DNA of 64,000 nucleotides from Alphaproteobacteria bacterium (lineage in GTDB: Bacteria > Pseudomonadota > Alphaproteobacteria > SP197). The position numbers were made by a program, and so were the translations under genes. The notes below the pieces were generated by a model that saw only the letters and a list, made by a program, of their open reading frames with translations, was not told the DNA's origin and searched no databases. Positions 1-10,287 of the stretch are shown piece by piece. The number at the start of each line of letters is the position of its first letter. Within the stretch, counting starts at the first letter, position 1. Where the stretch lies: positions 96,001-160,000 of the forward strand of contig OZ245842.1 in the NCBI GenBank assembly GCA_965228895.1. Direction: 5' to 3'.

Positions 1-620
1 TTCATCTGTGTTTCGATCATCAGCCGTGCTGATTCACTGTCGGTATCGCGTGCGATTTCGATCGGTGCGCCGACCAGGAAAACACCGCGTGTGAAAGGCA
101 GCGGCAGAATGAAACGGTCCCACGACCCGAAGACGACGCGCCAGCGCGCCGCATAGGTCGCCGGCAGGATCGGCACGCCGGAGAGCTTGGCGATGTCGGC
201 GATGGCGCCGGTACAGCGCATCCGCGGCCCGCGCGGCCCATCCGGCGTGATGCCGACACAGGTACCATCCTTCAACGCCGCCAACACGTTCCGCAGGGCC
301 GCGGTACCGCCGCGTTTGGTTGAACCCTGGATGCAGCCGATGTCGAAATGCTTGATTGCATCGGCGATCAAGACACCATCACCGTGCCGGGAGATCAGCA
401 TTTTCACCGGCATTGCCTTAGGCCATTGCGGCGGCATCATCAGCATGCGCCCATGCCAGAAGGCGATGATCAGGGGACGGGTGCTGCCCGGCAGGATCTC
501 GTCGCCGCCGATCATGCGCCATCGCCCGGTCCACCGGACAAGGCGCATGTAATGCGCGGCCAGTGCCGATAACGTGCGCTGAACGGCCTGCTTTTTCAGG
601 ACGGACTTCAAGAAGGCCAT
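1..620 (-). CDS. DUF374 lysophospholipid/lipid A secondary acyltransferase (LpxJ-like); 3' end runs off the window
   Basis: Not in the ORF track. Manual translation from ATG at 620 gives MAFLKSVLKKQAVQRTL...IIAFWHGRMLMM...LISRHGDG...GSTKRGG...GITPDGPRGP...SWDRFILPLPF, matching DUF374 motifs (WHG, S.S.DG, TPDGPRGP, SWD). Lies directly downstream of msbA. Confidence 0.85.
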   Translation of the reverse strand, partial: MAFLKSVLKKQAVQRTLSALAAHYMRLVRWTGRWRMIGGDEILPGSTRPLIIAFWHGRMLMMPPQWPKAMPVKMLISRHGDGVLIADAIKHFDIGCIQGSTKRGGTAALRNVLAALKDGTCVGITPDGPRGPRMRCTGAIADIAKLSGVPILPATYAARWRVVFGSWDRFILPLPFTRGVFLVGAPIEIARDTDSESARLMIETQM

Positions 621-626
621 TGTCGG

Positions 627-2426
627 TTATTCGCCGGCGGCGACGGCCGCTGGATCCGGTTCGTCGACCACCTGCAGCGCGTACATCTGCGCGTAAGCGC
701 CTCGTCGCGCCAGCAATTCCGCATGGCTGCCGGCCTCGACGACGTGGCCCTGATCCAGCACATAGATGGTGTCCGCATCAGCGACGGTAGAGAGACGATG
801 GGCGACAACCACGGTCGTGCGCCCCTTGGCAAGGCGCGCCAGGGCCTGCTGCACGTCGCGCTCCGACTGGCTGTCGAGCGCGCTGGTCGCCTCGTCAAGC
901 AGCAGGATGGGCGCGTCGCGCAGGATCGCGCGTGCGATCGACAAACGCTGGCGCTGGCCACCGGAAAGCTTCAGGCCGGACTCGCCGACCACGGTGTCAT
1001 AGCCGTCCGGCAATGCCATGATGAAGTCGTGGGCGGCGGCGTCGCGTGCGGCGGTCTCGATTTCTTCTCCGCTCGCGTCGGGCCGGCCATAAGCGATGTT
1101 GGCCCGCACCGTGTCGTTGAACAGCGCGACCTCCTGGCTGACCAGCGCGATGTTGCGGCGCAGACTGGTGATCGTCACATCGCGCACGTCGACACCATCG
1201 ACGGTAACCGCGCCTTCGCCGACCTCGTAAAAGCGCGGGATGAGGTTCAGCACCGTCGACTTGCCGGCACCGGAAGCGCCGACCAGGGCGGCGGTCGTGC
1301 CGGCGGGCACGTCGATCGTCACACCATGGAGCGCCGGCGCCTCGCCATAGGCAAAGTGCACGTTCTCCATGCGAATGGCACCGTCGGCCACCGCCAGGTC
1401 AACCGCATCGTCACGGTCGCGGATCGTGGGTTCGACATCGATCAGGGCAAAGACGCGCTGTGCCGCCGCCAGGCCCTCTTGCAGATTGTTGTTCAGCTTG
1501 GCCAGGTTCTTCATCGGCTGGTAGGCCAGCAACAGCGCGGTCATGAACGAGAAGAACGCGCCGGTCGTCGTCGTGCCCTCGATCACCTGGCTGCCGCCAT
1601 AGAGAATGATCACCGCGACCGCGCAGCCGCCCAGGATCTCCATGATCGGGCTGATGACCGCCTTGGCGCGCAAGGTCTTGAAGATGCGCATGAACAATTC
1701 GTCGATGCGCTCGCGGGCGCGTTCGGTCTCGTGGTCTTCCTGGCCATAGGCCTTGATGAAACGAATCCCGCGAAACGTCTCCGACATGAACGCGGTGACC
1801 TGCTCCAGTTCGGCCCAGGCGCGACTGGCGCGTTTGCGCACCTTGCGGCCAATCAGCACGGTCGGCAGTACGGCAAGCGGGAAGACGAAGAACGTGACAA
1901 TCGCCATCAACCAGTCCTGGTAGAACATCAACGCGATCAGAAAGATGAGCGTCAGCACATCCTTGACCAGCCCGGTCAATGTCTTGGCGACGGCATCGCG
2001 CATCAGATCGACGTTGTTCATGCAGCCGGCGATCAGTTCGCCGGTCGACTTGTCCTGGAAGAACGCGAGGTCCGCGTGAATCAGGCTTTGATAAACCCGC
2101 TGGCGGATGTCCGCGACGATGCGCATGGAAACCCGCGACATGATGACGTTCTGGCCGTAATCGGCCATGCCTTTCAGGCCGAACACCACCAGCATCGCGA
2201 TGGTGATCGTCATCAGGCGCGATTCATCGCGGTTGATGAAGATGTCGTCCAGGATCGGCTGCACCAGATAGGCATAGGCCGCCGTCGTCGCGGCGACCAC
2301 GGCCATGAACAGCACTGCCACGAGCATCTGCGGCAGGTAACGCAGGATATGCTCGCGCAGCAGCCGGCGCACGATGATCGGGGTCGGGGTATGGGTCGGC
2401 GCTGCTGCCGGTGTTTGAAGCGTCAC
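627..2426 (-). CDS. msbA: Lipid A flippase, MsbA-family ABC exporter
   Basis: N-terminal TM domain, Walker A GASGAGKST, signature LSGGQRQR and Walker B LLLDEATSALD. Adjacent to the DUF374 gene. Confidence 0.85.
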   Translation of the reverse strand: MTLQTPAAAPTHTPTPIIVRRLLREHILRYLPQMLVAVLFMAVVAATTAAYAYLVQPILDDIFINRDESRLMTITIAMLVVFGLKGMADYGQNVIMSRVSMRIVADIRQRVYQSLIHADLAFFQDKSTGELIAGCMNNVDLMRDAVAKTLTGLVKDVLTLIFLIALMFYQDWLMAIVTFFVFPLAVLPTVLIGRKVRKRASRAWAELEQVTAFMSETFRGIRFIKAYGQEDHETERARERIDELFMRIFKTLRAKAVISPIMEILGGCAVAVIILYGGSQVIEGTTTTGAFFSFMTALLLAYQPMKNLAKLNNNLQEGLAAAQRVFALIDVEPTIRDRDDAVDLAVADGAIRMENVHFAYGEAPALHGVTIDVPAGTTAALVGASGAGKSTVLNLIPRFYEVGEGAVTVDGVDVRDVTITSLRRNIALVSQEVALFNDTVRANIAYGRPDASGEEIETAARDAAAHDFIMALPDGYDTVVGESGLKLSGGQRQRLSIARAILRDAPILLLDEATSALDSQSERDVQQALARLAKGRTTVVVAHRLSTVADADTIYVLDQGHVVEAGSHAELLARRGAYAQMYALQVVDEPDPAAVAAGE

Positions 2427-2524
2427 GTTTGGGGCCCACCAGGGAACCGGTTTTCAGGGTAACTAACTATCACGGAAGCGGATTTATCACCAATGGACGG
2501 TCTTCTCGGCCGCCGTTTCGCCGC

Positions 2525-3328
2525 CTACCAGTCGATGGCGGCAATGACGTCCCGCAGTGCCTTGTGCATGGCCGGTCCCGCCGCCAGGACCGAGGGCAGG
2601 CGTGCGCGCCGGGTGTTATAGGTGAAGGCGCCGCCTTCAACGTCGCTCAGTCTGCCGCCGGCCTCTTGCACAATCAGGTCGGCGGCGGCCAGATCCCAGT
2701 CGCTTTTCGCGCCCAGCGAGAAGGTCGCATCGAAGCGCCCGGCCGCGACCAGCGAGATGCGGAACGCGATCGAATTGACGATGTCATAGGTCACCGGCTT
2801 GTCGGCCATGCGCTGGATCGCGCGCAGGACCGTGCGGGAACTGGCCAGGATGTGGGCGCCGTCAAAGCTGTCGCGCGCCGAGACCGCGATCGGCTCACCG
2901 TTCAGCCGGGCGCCGCCGCCGTCGATGGCGTCGAACAGCTCATCGGTCGCCGGGTTCAACACCGCAGCAGCCAGCGGACGCCCGTCGGCGACCATGGCGG
3001 CGGCAATGGTGAACTCCGGCCTGCCTTCGATAAAGGCGCGCGTGCCGTCGATCGGGTCGACGATCCACAGGTTCGCGCTGTCCAGCCGCTCGGCATTGTC
3101 CTCGGTTTCCTCGCTCAGCCAGCCATAAGCGGGCCGGGCCTCGCGCAATCGTTTGAACAGCAGCTTGTTGACCGCGATGTCGGCCTCGCTGACCGGGTCG
3201 TCCTTGCCCTTGGTCCAGGTCTTCAGATCGGTGCGAAAGTGCCGCATCGCCAAGGCGCCGGCCTCGCGCACCGCATCGATCAGAAGGTTGTGGTCGTCGC
3301 GTGCCGCGGCTGAAGCCATTGCGCTCAT
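2525..3328 (-). CDS. Inositol monophosphatase family / CysQ-like 3'(2'),5'-bisphosphate nucleotidase
   Basis: Motifs LSEE, WIVDPIDGT and WDLAAA. Confidence 0.85.
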   Translation of the reverse strand: MSAMASAAARDDHNLLIDAVREAGALAMRHFRTDLKTWTKGKDDPVSEADIAVNKLLFKRLREARPAYGWLSEETEDNAERLDSANLWIVDPIDGTRAFIEGRPEFTIAAAMVADGRPLAAAVLNPATDELFDAIDGGGARLNGEPIAVSARDSFDGAHILASSRTVLRAIQRMADKPVTYDIVNSIAFRISLVAAGRFDATFSLGAKSDWDLAAADLIVQEAGGRLSDVEGGAFTYNTRRARLPSVLAAGPAMHKALRDVIAAIDW

Positions 3329-4677
3329 TCGCCGCCGACGGTCATGCCATCGATGCGCAGTGTCGGCGCATCGAAACCATGGCGGATTTCGAGATCATTG
3401 GCCGGCCTCACGTTCGCGAACATCTCGATCAGGTTGCCGGCGATGGTGACCTCGGTGATCGGACCGGCCAGCTCACCATTGACGATACGAAATCCGGACG
3501 CGCCGCGGCTGTAGTCGCCGGTGACCTGATTGACGCCAAAACCGATCAGGCCGGTGACATAAAGGCCGTCCTTGATATCGGCCATAAGCTCGGCGGGCGT
3601 TTGGTTGCCGGGTAACAGGGTGACGTTCGAGGCGCCGGGCGACGGCGGGCCCGACGTGCCGCGGCTGGCGTGGCCCGTGGTCGTCAGGTGCAGCTGGCGC
3701 GCCGACCGGCAGTCCAGGAGCCAGGTCGTCAGGCAGCCATTTTCGATCAGGTAGCGTTTCTGGCAGGCGACGCCTTCGCCGTCGAACGGGCGTGATCTCA
3801 GGCCGCGGCGCACATGCGGGTCCTCGACGACGTTGATGCTGCTGTCGAACAGCGCCTCGCCCATGCGGTCGACCAGAAAACTTGTGCCGCGCGCAATCGA
3901 GGGGCCGGTGATGGCACTGGTCAAATGGCCCAGGATGCTGTTGGCCATGCGCGGCTCGAACACGATGGGTACGGGACGGGTCGGCATCTTGGTGCCGCCC
4001 AACTGGCTCAAAGCACGCTTGGCGGCTTCGCGTCCGATGTCTTCGGCCGGGTCAAGATCCTCGCTGAAACGGGCGGCCGAGAAGTGGTAGCCGCGTTCCA
4101 TACCCAGACCTTCGCCGGCGATGACCGAGGCGGAAATCGCGGTCTGGGTGCCCGCGTAGCCCCCGGTAAAACCGTTGGTCGCCGCCATGACGGCGGTCGA
4201 ACGGTGCCAGCCGACCTCCGCACCTTCGGAATTGGTGATGCCGTCGGCCGAACGCGCCGCGTTCTCGCAGGCCAAGGCCTGATCGATCAGGGTGGCGGGG
4301 TCAGGCTCGCCGGGCTCTTCCAGATCGAGATCGGGGATGTCATGCGCGAGTTCGTCGGGCTCGGCGAGACCGGCGAACTCGTCCGGCGGCGCGACCCGCG
4401 CCATGGCGATGGCGCGCTCGACCAGGTCATCAAGCGCGCTTTCGCTGGCATCGGTTGACGAGATGTTGGCCTGGCGCTGGCCGACAAAGACGCGCAGCCC
4501 CAAGTCGAAGGATTCCGCGCGTTCCAGGTCTTCCAGCTCACCCAGCCGCGCGCGCACGTCGAGCGCGGTGCTGTTGAAGATCACCGCGTCGGCGGCGTCG
4601 GCGCCGGCCTTTTTGGCGCGGGCAATCAGATCGCCCGCCAGGGTTTGCGCCTCAGACAACTCCGTCATGGCGTGCAC
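3325..4677 (-). CDS. pmbA: PmbA/TldE metalloprotease partner
   Basis: Motifs RPFDGEG, TTGHASRG and GVNQVTGDYSRGASG. Alternative ATG start at 4668. Confidence 0.9.
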   Translation of the reverse strand: MHAMTELSEAQTLAGDLIARAKKAGADAADAVIFNSTALDVRARLGELEDLERAESFDLGLRVFVGQRQANISSTDASESALDDLVERAIAMARVAPPDEFAGLAEPDELAHDIPDLDLEEPGEPDPATLIDQALACENAARSADGITNSEGAEVGWHRSTAVMAATNGFTGGYAGTQTAISASVIAGEGLGMERGYHFSAARFSEDLDPAEDIGREAAKRALSQLGGTKMPTRPVPIVFEPRMANSILGHLTSAITGPSIARGTSFLVDRMGEALFDSSINVVEDPHVRRGLRSRPFDGEGVACQKRYLIENGCLTTWLLDCRSARQLHLTTTGHASRGTSGPPSPGASNVTLLPGNQTPAELMADIKDGLYVTGLIGFGVNQVTGDYSRGASGFRIVNGELAGPITEVTIAGNLIEMFANVRPANDLEIRHGFDAPTLRIDGMTVGGE

Positions 4678-4775
4678 ATAGCCTCGAAGCGCCGAAAAGG
4701 CCAGCAGAACTGCGCTTTCATCACGTGCCCGTCATCACAGGAAACCCGCTTCACTTTCAGGCAAAACGGCCGGGC

Positions 4776-6623
<1,848 letters not shown>

Positions 6624-6670
6624 TCAGCTCTTACGGGGCGCGTCGTGGCGCCGGGATCGGGGTCAGCGGT

Positions 6671-6802
6671 TCACAATGAGCCGGCTGGCGCGGCGGCGCG
6701 TGCCGGCAAGCCCGTAAGTCGCAGGTCGAAGATAAAGACATGATAACGCCCGCGCGCCGGAGCGGCGGACAAATGACGATAACAAGGCTCGAAACGGGAC
6801 AT
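6671..6802 (-). CDS. Possible second upstream leader ORF of leuA (43 aa, contains L-R-L)
   Basis: Manual translation MSRFEPCYRHLSAAPARGRYHVFIFDLRLTGLPARAAAPAGSL*. Shares CT(A/G)CGACTTA...CCGGC...GCCAGCCG with the first leader. Confidence 0.4.
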   Translation of the reverse strand: MSRFEPCYRHLSAAPARGRYHVFIFDLRLTGLPARAAAPAGSL

Positions 6803-6870
6803 CGGTTACACCGGAAACTGCTTGGAAAAAGGGTACGACGGGACGGCTGGCCCGGCGCTTCAGGCGCCGG

Positions 6871-6915
6871 TCAGATAAGTCGTAGACCGAGTAGCAGGGC
6901 GTGCAACCTTTCCAT
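6871..6915 (-). CDS. Leucine-rich leader peptide of the leuA attenuator
   Basis: ATG GAA AGG TTG CAC GCC CTG CTA CTC GGT CTA CGA CTT ATC TGA = MERLHALLLGLRLI*. Six Leu codons including two rare CTA, followed by hairpin CCGGCGC-CTGAA-GCGCCGG. Confidence 0.85.
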   Translation of the reverse strand: MERLHALLLGLRLI

Positions 6916-6922
6916 GGTTGCG

Positions 6923-6951
6923 GAAATAGGTGGGAATCGGTGGGGAGTCAA
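6923..6951 (-). promoter_or_regulatory. Sigma70-type promoter of the leuA leader (probably a leaderless transcript)
   Basis: TTGACT-17 nt-TATTTC, ending 7 nt before the leader ATG at 6915. Confidence 0.65.
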
Positions 6952-7040
6952 GGATTTGGGGGATTATGGGTCGACAACAACGTCGAGCGAGCGGAACCGA
7001 ACCTAATGATGCCGAATGTGCAAGTCAGGCTACAAACGTC

Positions 7041-7658
7041 CTATCCAGTTGGAACTTCCTCGAGCGAGAGATCAGTCAATCTTTCTGGAATTGGAAAGTC
7101 CTGCGGCAGTGGCGGTATGTTAGTATCGTTCTCGACGGAGACATAATACATTAGTAGATCAAGCATATACTTGGTCAGTTCCACTATTGACTCATTGATT
7201 GCAACTAACTCGGAAATACTAGCAATCGAGTTAGTGTGGCCGAGCGTGGCGCTTTTTGATGTCCTCGTCCAAACCAACCCACCGTCGTCATGTGGCGCCA
7301 AGCTGTGAGAATGCATCAGTATGTTTCGATTCTCTCGAAGTCGATTAAATGCCTTTGTGGCGAACTCAATTCGACTAACAACATCAGGGTTGTTTTCATG
7401 TCGCCGGGTCAGGTTGAGCAGCATGTCCGCTCGGGTCTGATTACCAACTAGTTGGGTTACCGCTACCCCCTTTTCGGTATTCTCAAACTGCTGCCAAATT
7501 AGTGTGCTCAAGATGTGCTCGCAAAAATTCCACGAAATCGAGATACGTCCCAACGCATAGATTGCAGGCATTGCATCTGAGGTCTCGAAGTAGTCCGTCT
7601 CGGGGTGGTCTTTGGCATCAGGGAAGATTGTGGACCAGTCTGGGTTGTGATCAGCCAT
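7041..7658 (-). CDS. HEPN-like protein (R-X4-H motif), putative RNase
   Basis: Predicted all-helical. N-terminal ALGRISISWNFCEHILSTLI helix with Glu, and FNRLRENRNILMH containing R-N-I-L-M-H. The ORF is open to 7742; ATG 7658 was chosen as start. Confidence 0.6.
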   Translation of the reverse strand: MADHNPDWSTIFPDAKDHPETDYFETSDAMPAIYALGRISISWNFCEHILSTLIWQQFENTEKGVAVTQLVGNQTRADMLLNLTRRHENNPDVVSRIEFATKAFNRLRENRNILMHSHSLAPHDDGGLVWTRTSKSATLGHTNSIASISELVAINESIVELTKYMLDLLMYYVSVENDTNIPPLPQDFPIPERLTDLSLEEVPTG

Positions 7659-8461
7659 GTGATGCGTCAAGAACTCGCTTTCTGAAGAAGGAATCAGTTG
7701 GCAACATCGCCGCCTTGCTGCGCAGCTTTTTTGGTGCACCATATAGTGCCTCCAGGACTAGTCGGGGCTCATGGTCAACTCATGACAACTTCGGCTTACC
7801 CAACTTGACTAGCCCAGTGGGGTGGGGGGCGAAGGTAAATCTTTCATGCTGTATTCGATCCGTGCTTTGATTTGCGTCGGTGTCTGCCGGTCGAGTGAGC
7901 AATCCGGTGCTATGTGTTGCTGCGTCTGCGTAGGCATACTCTGATAGGCTTGGATGTCGACAGATATGTGAATGTTTGCTCGTTTGAACACTAGTTGTGA
8001 AGCCCTCAATGGAGGCACTCCAGAAAATCTGCTCGGCTCGATGAGCCTCATCTCTGGGCCAATGATTCTGACCTAGTGTGCCACCGGGACCAGAGGGCTA
8101 CCGACTGTTGCTCCGTATCGCGATCGTTTCAGCGATTGCCCCCTACTTCCTTGTACTCTTGAGCGTCGCCAAACTCATTAGCCATAACCATAACTCCTCT
8201 GAAGGACCGGAGGGCCGTGACGTTTAGAGTGACTTGTCCGAGTTACGCTAACGCCGTGCCTCCCCAAACGTGGCCGACTTTCAACAACCACCGCGTCTTC
8301 CGTGTGATCTCCCGACGGTATTCACTGTGGGTTCCGGTGGGCAACTTGTTGGTGTCGTCGAAACCCCAATTTGCCGACTAAACTCAATCGTAAATCTGTA
8401 GTGAGAGTTGACGAAAAGTTGTGTAAGGGTCAATCTACTCTCTCATTTGAGAGGGAACATA

Positions 8462-8650
8462 ATGGCCAAGCGCGTAAGGCGAGGCGGCCCACAAGGTGTT
8501 GTCCGACCGTATTCGACAATGCCGTCAACCGACGAACCGCTCGAGCAGATCGCACAAGCTCTGGATCACATTGCGGTATCGTTGTCTGCGATAGATAACA
8601 ATATTGAGCAACTGGTGATTCTATTAGAGATGCAAATCAAGAAACGCTGA
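8462..8650 (+). CDS. Small 62-aa protein with a basic N-terminus and a heptad-repeat C-terminus
   Basis: GAGGGA Shine-Dalgarno-like sequence before ATG 8462. Translation MAKRVRRGGP...LEQIAQALDHIAVSLSAIDNNIEQLVILLEMQIKKR. Confidence 0.55.
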   Translation: MAKRVRRGGPQGVVRPYSTMPSTDEPLEQIAQALDHIAVSLSAIDNNIEQLVILLEMQIKKR

Positions 8651-8814
8651 CTGCGATACATCCAGAAAACGCGGATGTGAATCCTGTGCACTCACCTGCC
8701 GCCGAGACTTCTTGTGCTTACTTGACGGAGGCATACCAAGAAGTGGAAGAGACGGTATGAGACTACTGATTGGTTCAGGATCGCTAGGAGATTTGGGCGC
8801 TAGAGGTTCCATTT

Positions 8815-10017
8815 ATGTCGCGTAATCCTCAAATTCTAACGGTATTTGTGGCGTCGCCGAGTGATGTTGGTGACGAAAGAGTAAAACTTGAGGAGGTCGT
8901 GTCCGAACTAAATGTTACGTGGAGCCGAGAGCTTGACGTGCTTCTCGAACTGATCGCCTGGGAAACCCACACATATCCCAGCATGGGCAAGGATGCCCAA
9001 GATGTAATCAATAAGCAAATACCGGACGATTTTGATTTGTTTATAGGAATTGTTTGGTCCCGATTTGGAACGCCAACAAGTCGTGCGGGATCTGGAACAG
9101 AGGAGGAGTTCAGGCGAGCAAAAGAACGCTACAATAAAGACAATGATAGTGTAGATATTATGATGTATTTCAAAGATGAGGCTCTTCCGCCTAGTCAGAT
9201 TGATATTTCTCAACTCGACAAGGTAAATTCATTCAGGAATGAACTCGGAGGCGAAGAAGGAGGCCTTTACTGGAATTTTAAAGATTTATCTGAGTTTGAG
9301 AAGTTAGTTCGAATGCATCTTGCGCGCCAGGTTCAGAAGATCAAGAATCGTATACCTAAACAAGAGTTATCTGATTCCACAACATCTGATTCAAGTGAAG
9401 AGAAATTTGAGTTGGATGGTGATGATGATGTTGGAATTCTCGATCTATTTGAGAATTTTGAAGATAATTTCGATCTTATTAATAAAATTATTGCAAGAAT
9501 TACTGATGCATCATTTGAATTGAGTGCTAGATTTACCGAGGTAACTGAGGAGATTGGAACTTATAGGCAACAGTCATCAGGTAATGTCGATCGAAAGGCA
9601 ACGCGCCGCCTAGTTTCTAAAATATCGAATGATATGGTTCAATATTCAACTAGGGTTAACGCCGAAGTTTCACTGTTTGGCGATGCGATGAACACGGGCA
9701 TGGATTCATTTGTCAAAGCAACAACAATGTACGCCAATCTTCCCGCTGATGATGTAGAAATTGGTCAGTTACATGAAACACTAGATTCCATGCAGAAACT
9801 ATTTTTGATGCTTCGGGACGCAGATTCTTCTGTTATTAGTTTTCGAGATATGATCAAAAGTTTCCCACCATTGACATCTGATCTCAATATTGCAAAACGA
9901 GAAGTAGTTTCTGCAATTGATGGTTTGTCTGATCAACTTAGAAATGGTCAAAATCTTTTGCGAGAAGCAGAATCTAGTCTCATTGCATGGATCTCTCAAA
10001 GAGAGGAAGAAAGTTAG
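8815..10017 (+). CDS. DUF4062 (nucleoside deoxyribosyltransferase/TIR-like) domain fused to a long helical C-terminal domain
   Basis: VFVASPSDVGDER...WE...QDVIN...DLFIGIVWSRFGTPT...SGTEEEF...IMMYFK, then an acidic linker and ~200 aa of amphipathic helices. Confidence 0.75.
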   Translation: MSRNPQILTVFVASPSDVGDERVKLEEVVSELNVTWSRELDVLLELIAWETHTYPSMGKDAQDVINKQIPDDFDLFIGIVWSRFGTPTSRAGSGTEEEFRRAKERYNKDNDSVDIMMYFKDEALPPSQIDISQLDKVNSFRNELGGEEGGLYWNFKDLSEFEKLVRMHLARQVQKIKNRIPKQELSDSTTSDSSEEKFELDGDDDVGILDLFENFEDNFDLINKIIARITDASFELSARFTEVTEEIGTYRQQSSGNVDRKATRRLVSKISNDMVQYSTRVNAEVSLFGDAMNTGMDSFVKATTMYANLPADDVEIGQLHETLDSMQKLFLMLRDADSSVISFRDMIKSFPPLTSDLNIAKREVVSAIDGLSDQLRNGQNLLREAESSLIAWISQREEES

Positions 10018-10287
10018 CGATTATCCGGCCTAGTCGTGCGTCGCATGCCTGCCTTGCCAGCTGCTAGATCACGCTGCAATTGCCGGAGAAACCCGGATTA
10101 TCTTGTATAGAGTCGACCTTCTCGATTACCGCTTTGTCCCTGGGGATCTTGCCGCACACTCGCGTTGGATCTCGCCAAGCACTTTGTTGCTAGCATCTAG
10201 AGATAGCTTCCCGCCCAGACCTGACACTGGGCCGGAGAACTCCAGTTAGTCAAATCGGATCGATTCCAAGAAACTAGCCGAACCTTA

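Larger units (their letters stand above)
6997..10285. mobile_element. AT-rich horizontally acquired islet; no integrase or transposase visible; boundaries approximate
   Basis: Abrupt compositional change: by hand count, line 9421-9480 has 17/60 G+C versus 45/60 for host line 12181-12240. Also atypical codon usage, long non-coding gaps and many CTAG sites. Confidence 0.7.

Noticed and set aside
723-2462. Long antisense ORFs opposite real genes (for example 723-2462, 25188-27170, 29236-30756, 37380-39080, 59940-61463)
   Set aside because: These are shadow frames expected from high GC3 codon usage. They have no recognisable motifs, and the opposite strand carries clear conserved proteins.
4700-4775. 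Possible third degenerate repeat module upstream of copy 1 (and 42909-42977 upstream of copy 2)
   Set aside because: There is some resemblance (AACCCGCTTCACTTT; CTGGAACAATT...CAGATGGAAT), but it is too decayed to delimit without an alignment.
7809-8051. 80-aa minus-strand ORF in the island
   Set aside because: No RBS, no recognisable motif and atypical composition; it is covered only as part of the unexplained spacer.
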